Assembly: GCF_964188315.1 (NCBI RefSeq)
Contig: NC_135669.1
Location: forward strand, 41,850,001-41,914,000
Source: Podarcis muralis
Taxonomy: Eukaryota
Length of the DNA stretch: 64,000 bases
Reading direction: 5' to 3'
In this document: in pieces, positions 26,228-35,300 of the stretch
How the letters are laid out: the number at the start of each line of letters is the position of its first letter
Position numbering within the stretch: the stretch's first letter is position 1
Position numbers and translations under genes: made by a program
Notes under the pieces: model-generated
Seen by the model: the letters and a program-made list of their open reading frames with translations, nothing else
Databases searched by the model: none
What the model was told of the DNA's origin: nothing

Positions 26228-28082
26228 CTGTTTGAGCAAAGACAGGCATACTGAGAAGGCAAAGACCTGCATCCAGCCCTATACAGCCCACTCTGACTGG
26301 CAGCAGCACTCTTCGCTCCTGAGCAGAGACACATTGGAAGCTGCCTTATATAGGGTCACACCACTGGGTCCAAGTAGCTCAGTACTGCCCACACTGATTG
26401 GCAGCCACTCTCCAGGGCTACAGGGAGAGGCTAATTCCCAGCCCTATCTGGAGTTGCTGGAGAATGAACCTCAGATGCCCTGCTGCTGAGCCTGAGACTT
26501 TCCCACCTACTCCACGATCCTTTGAGCTGGAAGCATGGAGATTCGAACCCAAGACCCTTCTGTGACAAACAGTGTTAGTCAACAGGACCCCACCTGTACC
26601 CTTTCGACGGTCTTGATCTATTCTTGATCTATGGAAATGGCAGTAGTAAAAGTGCCACATAATAGTCGTTCTGCACTTGTATGGAATAGATTTTTCAGGA
26701 TGGCAGCATCCAGACTTTGGAACTCCCTGCCTCTTGATGTTAGACAAAGCCTTAGCTGCATTCTTTTTGCCACCTGCCAAAAACTATTTCCATTTAGGCG
26801 AGTGTTCCAGGGGGGGCATACATTTGAATCCATTTCAGCTTAACTGCCGGTTTTAATTATATTTTCAATTTTTAAAGAAACACCTTTTTTTATTTCTACC
26901 TATCATTTTAATGTATATTTTTAATGTGGGGTGAGGTTATCTTTGGTAAACGCCTTTCGAGACTTTGCTTACAGTTAAGTGGAAGACAAGTTTTCCCCAA
27001 TAAATTTAAGAAAACAGATAACGCCATGGAGCACACCTGCTGCAGAGTGTGGCGGAATTTTATTTTATCTTAAAAGGAACTAAAGGGGAAAAGGAGCACC
27101 TGAGCTCAGGCAGAGTGCCTTCTGAAAGGCAACAGGGTTGTTTTGTCTGCTTTAGAGAAGAAGGAAACTTATCAATGCTTCTGAACATGTGCAAAGTTCT
27201 TCTCCCCTCTGAAGGGCACCATCCTTTCTTCAGAAAAGCAGATCGGCAAGGAAAGAAGGATGGTAACAGTAATTCTCTTAATAACCACCATCAACTACTT
27301 TGTCATCATCTAGCTGACAATCACAACAACCCTGCCGGCAAGGCAAAGTCAGTCTTATAATCAGCCCATATTCCAGGGATGCAGTGACTTGAGCGAGAGA
27401 GACACCTGGCTTTGCTTAAGCCTCCAGCTGTTTTGGGACTACAACTCCCATCATCCCTAGCTAACAGGACCAGTGGTCAGGGATGACGGAAATTGTAGTC
27501 CCAAAACATCTGGAGGGCCGAGTTTGGCCATGCCTGGAAGGCCACTAAGTCGGCTCAGGGTTCAAACCAGAACCTTCCCTATTCATTTTGATTAATTTAA
27601 TAAAACTGCTTGATTTGTGTGTGTGTGTATACACACCCCCACACACCTACATATATACACGTGTGTGTATACACCCACCCACACACCTCAAAACAGTTCA
27701 CACACAAAAAAAGAACAATAACATTGTACGGTTAAAAGCAGCTATTTAAAATGTCTAGAAGAGAGTTAAAATAGACGATACGCTTAAAACACACGTCCAC
27801 TGGCTACACTTCTGGGTGGGTTTCCTTAAAATGTTTTTTCCCCCAGGCTCTGAAAAGAGGACAGTAGGAGGCGTGTTCAAAAGTGTGCGTGTTGCCCTCG
27901 CTAAAAGCCTGATTTCTTACAAATGAGCTCCTTGGCAGGAAAAGCCGCTTAAGAAAACCCAAGTCCTACTCAGTGCAGAATCCCCTGAAACGAACTGGGC
28001 TCCGTTCATTCCAAAGGGGTCTACTCCGAGTAGCTGGAAGCGAGAGAGGAAGGCCAGCAGCCGCCCAACTACCTAGCTCCAT
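23061..28082 (-). CDS. GEMIN4: Gem-associated protein 4 (SMN complex), 2 coding exons, 1058 aa: complement(join(23061..26227,28073..28082))
   Basis: Exon 1 ATG GAG CTA G|gtagtt spliced to aaacag|GG CCG GTG ACC gives [22 protein letters not shown]..., matching human [22 protein letters not shown]. 3177 nt total, and the same 10-nt + giant-exon structure as in mammals. Confidence 0.96.
27424..27535. mobile_element. Palindromic hAT MITE (136-bp family, left end truncated)
   Basis: Near-identical to 11560-11695. Confidence 0.8.
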
Positions 28083-28900
28083 GGCTTCGGGGCTGCCTCC
28101 TAGCCCGGCTCCGGCAGGCGAGGGGAAGGCGGCATGGCCGAGAGCGGGGCTCCTCCGCCGCCTGCCCGCGCCGGGATCCTCGACGGCGGCAGCGGCTCGG
28201 GCGCCCTCCGGGGCTCCGCAGTTGGAGACGGCGGCGGCGGCGCCGTCCATTGTGCGCTCAGGGCGCACGGCACAAAGCTTTGGAGAGGGGCGCACGGGCA
28301 GGCTCGCCAAATTGCGCCACGCCGCCGCCGCAGCAATACTGTAGCCGCTTTCCAACCGCGCGGGCGCGCTGGATCCCGGCTCCTCCTCCCGGATCTCTCG
28401 GTCCCTGGGCGGATCCCTTTCCAGCCAGCGAGACGGGGCTGCGCAAGCAGAAGCGCCGTCGGAACAGCTACCTCTGCAGGCTCCTGCGCAACACTGCACG
28501 GCGCAGGGGTCGCCGAGCCATCCTCCTGCCCGCCTACACCGGCTGGTAAAAAAAAAAGCTCCTGGATGGAGGGGTTTTTGGGGGGGGGCTCTTTCTCTTC
28601 CTCCTTCCTTACTAGGAGTAGCAAGTGCCGGGGCTCCCCGATTGCAAAGCGAGAAGGGCGCCGGGGTTTGGAAATATTGGGGCAGGAGACATTCTCCTCC
28701 AGCTCTCGACGCTTCGCACCTGCCACCTTTTAAATCGCCTCCTGGGGATAGCTTGAGGGAGGCGTCTCTGGGCGTGTGCAGAGTGCTTTCTTGCATTTCT
28801 GTCTGCATAGTGGCACTGCAGAAGCGTTTGCAAGCCAATAAAACGCATACGGGTTATAAAACGCCCCGCTGTATTTTGGGGTGAGTGGAGATTTAATCGC
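28050..28900. promoter_or_regulatory. CpG island / promoter of GEMIN4, possibly bidirectional
   Basis: CpG-dense region over exon 1 and upstream; CCAAT at 28835 and TATAAAA at 28855 on + strand; boundaries approximate. Confidence 0.7.
28073..28082 (-). CDS. GEMIN4: GEMIN4 exon 1 coding part (MEL-G, 10 nt)
   Basis: gaagccATGGAGCTAG|gtagt, strong Kozak context, phase 1 matches exon 2. Confidence 0.9.
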
Positions 28901-28938
28901 AGGCTGCCCCGGTCCCGATCCGAAACTCTAAAGGAGTG

Positions 28939-29030
28939 CATAGCTGTCAACTTTTCCCCTTTTTAAAAGGGAAATTCCCTTATTCCGAATAGGATTCCTC
29001 GCAAGAAAATGGAAAAGTTGACAGCTATGA
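28939..29030. mobile_element. Short hAT-like MITE
   Basis: 17-bp TIR catagctgtcaactttt/aaaagttgacagctatg; TSD aaggagtg/gaggagtg. Confidence 0.7.
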
Positions 29031-30004
29031 GAGGAGTGGGGAGTCTCCGGATGCTGATAGACTACAACGCCCATCATCCCTCGCTACTGGACATTGTAGT
29101 TGGGGCTCATGGGAGTTGTAGTGGCACAGCTGGAAGGCCACAGGGTTCCCTCTCCCGTTGTTCGCCTCGGGTAGTCTAGGACCATCGGCCATGCTGGTTG
29201 GCCCGACACCATCCAGACAAGCGTATCTCTCTGTAGGCTACCAATTTCTTTGAGGCATTGCAAAGAAAAAAGGCTCAACAGCTTTTCTGCCCAGATTTTC
29301 ACTTTTTGAAATATGGCAACACTGGAATTACAGCTCTGGGAAGCTGAAGCGAGGGAGCCTTTTACCTCTCTGGAACGCAGCCACCTTACAGGGGTGCTGT
29401 GTCAGAAGATAATTACTGTATAGGCGCTGCATTTTTAAATCCATGAACGGTCCTCCCACAATTCATCACTGCTCTGAGCAAAACATACACTGTTATTGTC
29501 ATCATTATATTATTACAACAACCTCACTGCTGTGATTTTTACGTCGCCTTAAACTGTCTTTAATATTGTGTTTTAATTACTGTAACCCTGGGCCGTTAAG
29601 AGTGAAGGGCAGGTTAATTAATTATTAATAATTAAATTATTATTATTATATTATTATAAATATTATTATTATTCCATAGAATGTATATCCCACTTGGTTG
29701 TAGAAATCCTCAGTTTACAAAAAGAATAAGATTACAAGTAAAAACAATTAAAGCATTCAAAACATTTCGCAACAAACTGAACACGCATCAGCATTCCAAA
29801 TATCTGGCTAGGCTTGTCTAAACAAAAATGTTTTTAGCAAGCGCCAAAAAGAGTATGGTGAAAATGCCCGCCTCGTATCACTAGGCAGGGAGTTCCAAAG
29901 TGTAAGTGCTGCCACACTAAAAGCTTGAGTTCTTACAAATGGCCGTTATGTGGTACCCGTCACAGGGCCAGTTCTGCAGATCGAAACAGCCAAGAGGGCA
30001 TATA

Positions 30005-30254
30005 CAGTCATACCTCGGGTTGAATACGCTTCGAGTTGAGCGCGTTCGAGTTGCAACCCGGTAGTAACGGAGCGCTTTACTTCCGGGTTTCGCCGCTTGC
30101 ACATGCGCAGACACTCAAAATGACGTCACGCGCATGCGCAGAAGCGGCAAAAAATGACATGCGCATACGCAGATGTGCCATCGCTAGTTACGTTTGCTTC
30201 TAGATGCGAACAGGGCTCTGGAACGGATTCCGTTTGTATCTAGAGGTACCACTG
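30005..30254. mobile_element. Tc1/mariner MITE (family D)
   Basis: TA cagtcatacctc...gaggtaccactg TA. Confidence 0.75.
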
Positions 30255-30256
30255 TA

Positions 30257-30823
30257 CAGTGGTACCTCAGGTTACATACGCTTCAGGTTACAGACTCTGC
30301 TAACCCAGAAATAGTGCTTCAGGTTAAGAACTTTGCTTCAGGATGAGAACAGAAATCGTGCAGCGGTAGCAGTGGGAGGCCTCATTAGCTAAAGTGGTGC
30401 TTCAGGTTAAGAACAGTTTCAGGTCAAGTACGGGCCTCTGGAATGAATCAAGTACAGTGGTGCCCCGCAAGACGAATGCCTCGCAAGACGGAAAACCCGC
30501 AAGACAAAAGGGTTTTCCCTTTCGGAGGTGCTTCGCAAGACGATTTTCCCTATGGGCTTGCTTCGCAAGACGGAAACGTCTTGCGAGTCTCGCCATTTCC
30601 CCCCCGCTTCCCCCCCCTTTTTCAAAGGCGCTAAGCCACTAATAGCTTTTTAGCAGCTTAGCCGCTAATCCTTTAATAGCCGCTAAATCGCTAATAGCGC
30701 TAATCCTCTTAGCCGCTAATGGGGTTGCTTCGCAAGACGAAAAAACCGCTAGACGAAGAGAATCGCGGAACGGATTATTTTCGTCTTGCGAGGCACCACT
30801 GTACTTAACCCGAGGTACCACTG
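30257..30823. mobile_element. MITE family A with a nested family B element (30455-30801)
   Basis: B has TIR cagtggtgccccgcaagacgaa/ttcgtcttgcgaggcaccactg with TA TSD, inserted at the aagta|cttaa site that is empty in the copy at 4627. Confidence 0.85.
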
Positions 30824-30846
30824 TATGGGGTAAGGTGATGCTCACC

Positions 30847-30847
<1 letters not shown>

Positions 30848-30896
<49 letters not shown>
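30848..30896. repeat. (AAT)n microsatellite
   Basis: Direct reading. Confidence 0.9.
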
Positions 30897-30897
<1 letters not shown>

Positions 30898-31015
30898 GGC
30901 TCCTTTTCCTGCCCTCTGTTTGGAACACCAGGGACAGCCCTTTCAAGCATGACTTGCACCTGATCTCGAGAAGGGCCCTGTGCACAGGTCAGAAGGAAGG
31001 TGCGCTCATGACAAC

Positions 31016-31249
31016 ATGTCACAGGCTGAGCTTGAGAAAGCCCCTGGCCTGGTCTCGCAAGTGAAAGGGTCCGTCTCCGTCATGGATCTGCTGCACAAGA
31101 GGGCCGCCCCCTGCCTGGCCAGCCACGACCTAAACTCCAAAGCGACAAGGGAGGCAGGGAGCGACCACCAAGACCTTTCGGAGGAGGAGGCCGCTGAGGA
31201 GGTCCACATCACCAGGGTGGAGGAGCTGGAGAAGAAGGACAGCAGATGA
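31016..31249 (+). CDS. DBIL5: Divergent acyl-CoA-binding protein (DBI/ACBP family), DBIL5/ELP-like, intronless, 77 aa; could be a pseudogene
   Basis: MSQAELEKAPGLVSQVKGSVS...LLHKRA...SKATREAG...HITRVEELEKKDSR aligns to ACBP/DBIL5 (MSQ.EF..A....QLKG.VS...YKQA...KAKW.AW...YI.KVEELKKK). It sits between GEMIN4 and GLOD4, the DBIL5 position. aacATG context; AATAAA at 31330. Confidence 0.75.
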   Translation: MSQAELEKAPGLVSQVKGSVSVMDLLHKRAAPCLASHDLNSKATREAGSDHQDLSEEEAAEEVHITRVEELEKKDSR

Positions 31250-31329
31250 CTGCGGAGAGGGCTGTGCGGGACCCGGCTTCCAGGTCGCTTCAGTCATCTT
31301 CCGCCCCGACGATCTCTGGCGGTTAAGGC

Positions 31330-31335
31330 AATAAA
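31330..31335 (+). terminator. Candidate polyadenylation signal of the DBIL5-like gene
   Basis: AATAAA 80 nt after the TGA. Confidence 0.55.
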
Positions 31336-31895
31336 GGGCCCCTTGAGAAGCTCTATGGTGTCACCTTGCGGTATTTTGTCGTTTCAAATTGGGAGCGGTG
31401 CACTGGGCTTAGTTTTGTGGTACAGCCCTGCTAGGGTTGGAGGACTGTACTGCCGTGGGGGTGGTGGCCTAAAAAGGAGACCAAACCTGCTCCTTAAACC
31501 TTTTCCTGATGTGCTTAAGCAGCTTAGGGAGCAGCCTTCTATAGGTCAGACACTTTCTCCATCAAGACCACTGCTGCCTGCTCTGACTGGCAGCTGCCGC
31601 CCATGTTTCAGGCAGCTCTTTCCTCATCACCTGCCGCTAATTAATCCCTTTAACCTGGAGGTGCTGAGGATCAAATTGTGGGAGCTTCTGCATGCGAGGC
31701 AGGGGCTCTGACATTTGTTTGCCGGCAACGGTCTGCTAGAATTTCTAGGTGCAGAGAATTTAGTAAAAATGCGGCACTTAAAAACATACACGCACATTTT
31801 GCAAGATAGAGTGGTATGGTCCCGACAATTTGGGAAAAGAGGGCCTGTTCTTTTAGAAAGCAGGAATGTACAGTAGGATAGAATATTTATATCTA

Positions 31896-31901
31896 TTTAT
31901 T
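31896..31901 (-). terminator. Candidate polyadenylation signal of GLOD4
   Basis: tttatt on + strand, about 350 nt past the stop. Confidence 0.5.
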
Positions 31902-32247
31902 TATATTTTGCTGGCTGAGCCGGACAGAAAAGTTCTCAAAGGGGTGTGTGCTTTGGAAACACTGGACAGGACCATGACATGCAGCGGCGTTTTGCTTTGG
32001 CGAATCATCACACCTTTGCAGGCTGCATCCGTCGCAGCCAAGAGGCCTCTCCCCGCTCCATGCACACACAAGAAAGGAACAGATTTAAGAGAGGAAGGAA
32101 GGAAACTGCAATTAATTTAATTAAAAGAGAAGGAGTTCCAAGCGATAGCAGCACTACTCATCCACGTGCACAGAAAGTATGGCCGGCGGCCTCCTTTCCC
32201 AGGTCCCCACAAAAGACACTGCCAACCAGACGATTTCCCCACCCGGG

Positions 32248-32313
32248 CTAAGCGGAAGGCTTTGGGGTGTTCCGTTTGGCAAACCATTCGTGGCTCTTGT
32301 CGGCCGCCATCGC
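32248..32313 (-). CDS. GLOD4: GLOD4 exon 9 (coding part, 66 nt)
   Basis: ctgcag|[21 protein letters not shown] (TAG). Confidence 0.95.
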   Translation of the reverse strand, partial: AMAADKSHEWFAKRNTPKPSA

Positions 32314-35300
32314 CTGCAGGAGAGTAGAGAAAAGCCGTGAGCCACATCGCGGTGGAGAGAAGCTGAGCCCTTGGATCACCTTTAATTTGGAATAAACGTT
32401 GAAAGGGGGAGACTCACCTCGTCTAAAAGCTTCCCACCGTTTGGGTCCACCTTGGAAAGCTCTCTGAAAGCCTCGTCCCCGACGAAGCAGATTTCGTGGC
32501 CGTCCTAAAGCAGGTGGAAGAGGAGGAACAGCAAGGGGGTCACCTGAAGGGAAGCAACATTTGCCACGGCGGTCGCAGTCACTACTCAAGGGAGCTGGAA
32601 ATTATTTGGGGGGGGGTATACTGTCAGTTTGCATTTCTTAGTACTGAAGGTATTGATCTGATGTGTGGAGGTCTTTCCTGTTCTGCTTAGTTCAAGTCTT
32701 CTGGAAGGTTTCTTACTACGTGAAAGAAACAGGCGGGTGGTTTCTGGTGTTTGGGTTATTCCTTCCGGGAAGCCGAGCACAGCTGGTTTAAACTGGTTCC
32801 TTATCCTTTCTTGTCAAGGTCATTTTGACTATAATAGTCAGGCCAGGAGGAGCCTGCATGTTCTCTCTGTATGTTCTGGTGTCGTGTTCTGTATGCTATA
32901 GTGTTAAGGTTTAGTCTTATTATAAGTTATTGTTAAGTTTAAGATAAGACTGCTGTATGGGACGCGGGTGGCGCTGTGGGTTAAAGCCTCAGCGCCTAGG
33001 ACTTGCCGATCGAAAGGTCGGCGGTTCGAATCCCCGCGGCGGGGTGCGCTCCCGCTGCTCGGTCCCAGCGCCTGCCAACCTAGCAGTTCGAAAGCACCCC
33101 CGGGTGCAAGTAGATAAATAGGGACCGCTTACCAGCGGGAAGGTAAACGGCGTTTCCGTGTGCGGCTCTGGCTCGCCAGAGCAGCGATGTCACGCTGGCC
33201 ACGTGACCCGGAAGTGTCTGTGGACAGCGCTGGCCCCCGGCCTATAGAGTGAGATGGGTACACAACCCCAGAGTCTGTCAAGACTGGCCCGTACGGGCAG
33301 GGGTACCTTTACCTTTAAGACTGCTGTAACTGGATTTCTTATGGACTGTGCCAATCCTGAATGTATTGGATTTGTGACCACTGTGCTCATTTGCCTTCAG
33401 CAGCAGTAAAGCTTTGCTGGATGAAATTGCCTCTGGTTTATTTTTTGGGAACTTTGCAATGTGTCAAAATTTTCCCTCCGCATGCACTACATATACAGGA
33501 ACCCATAGAGATGGTAGGAGTCGGAAGTCCTGCATTTGGAGGTCTACACAGCTTTGTCAATCGTTGCTCCAAGAAGAGGAATTCTCTTCTCTCAGAAAGG
33601 ACCCCCTCTGCTAAACAGAGGCATTCCTTCATCTCTTGCACACAAGTAGGGAATGCTGCTTCGTGGGATCAGGGATAGGGGACCCTGTGGTCCTCAAGAT
33701 GCTGATGGACTACAACTCCCATCGCCCCTGACCACTGGCCCTGCTGCAGCCGGGGCTGATGGGAGTTGGAGTCCAACGACACCTGGCCACAGAGCCCTCG
33801 TTCCTGACCTGCACGAAAGCTGTTTTGAGGCTGCACTCACGGGATCCGCCAGGATGACCACTTGAACCGTCGCTTTCCCAGGCGTGTCCAGGCTCACGAG
33901 AGGGGTCAAGATCTTCTGGCCTTCCTCCTTCATCAAGGCTTCGATGCCGGGCAACTGGGGAGGACAAACGAAACGGGGAAAGGAAAATCAGCAGAGTGCG
34001 AATGTGTCCGTTTTGAGCGAGGGAAGAGAAGAGGAAGCCCATTTCTCTTTTGGAAAATCTTTGAGCACCTTTAATGAAAGAAATCTAGAACGTGGATGTC
34101 AAATAGTTTTTGAAGAATCCCTTCCAGTTGTGTTTAAGGTGTAGTGGTTAGAGTGAGAGACTGGGAGCTGGGAGATCAGGGTTCAGATCCTCACTTGGCC
34201 ACAAAGCTCCTTGGGTGACCTTGGGACAGTCCCTGACTCTCAGCCTGGACCTACCTGGCAGGCTTGTTGTGGGGATAAAATGGGGAGGAGGAGTATGGAC
34301 ACCGCCTTGTGCTCCTTGGAGGAAAGTTGGGATCCATATGTCATCAAATAAATAAATAAGCCAAATGAATCCATTTACAGTAGTCAAGAACTAGCTGAAT
34401 TAAGACTGTGAGAAGAGATTTAAATAAACGTTCACATTATTAGTATTAGAAAATGTGCAGAAGATAGAGAAATAATATGGTGTATTCATTGTTATTTTTA
34501 TGTTCGATGTTATTGTATAAATATGTTATTAGTAGTTTTTTTTCTTTTAGGAGGTAGCAAAGTGGGTGAAAGGAGAAAGAAATCAGAAGTTGGGGGAAGC
34601 CCAGGAGGGGAGGGAGGGAGGAACGCGTAGTAAATGTTGTGAATATGAGATGTATATAATGAATGAAAAAGGGAAATGAATTTAAAAATAAAATAAAAGA
34701 CTGTAAGAAGAAGGGGCAGCGGCCCCTCTAGCCCAGCCCCCTGTTCTTACAGTGGCCCCCCGGAGGCCCCTGTGAGGATTCTGCAAGTGGGACCTGAGCA
34801 CAAGAGAAACTCTCTCTTCTTGTGGTTTCCAAGAACTGGCATTCAGAAGCATTGGGAGGCAGAGCACAGTCATTGCGACTAGTAAACATTGGCAGCCTTT
34901 TCCTCCGTGAAATTGTCCAATCCTCTTTTGAAGCCATACCTGCCACTGGAAGAGTGAGCACCACAGCTTCACTTTGTTCTGCGTGAAGAAGGACTTTAAT
35001 GAACAGATTGGTAGCCATTCATCATTTTTATTTATGAACAGGTGTCGCATGCTTTTGATATTTCCCCACTAAGCATTTATTTCAAGCTAAAGTTGCCTTT
35101 GTCTTGTTGGGAATATCAGGAACACAAGAAGCTGCCTGATTGAAAGTCCAGGCCACTGGGCCTACCTCAGTGTTCTCTACTCTGACTGGCAGGGGCTCTG
35201 CAAGATTTCGTGCAGGAGTCTCTCCCAGCCTGACCTGGAAATGCCGCCAGGAACCGAACCCGGGACCTTCCATCTACCACTTGAGCGGCAGCCCCTTTCC

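Noticed and set aside
26228-26309. First 28 codons of the 1082-aa ORF (MLLPVRVG...)
   Set aside because: Intronic read-through upstream of the acceptor; the true start is the MELG exon at 28082.
22891-26489. Many long ORFs (up to 316 aa) overlapping GEMIN4 exon 2 in other frames and on the other strand
   Set aside because: Shadow frames of a GC-rich coding exon; low-complexity R/G/P/A products with no recognisable domain.
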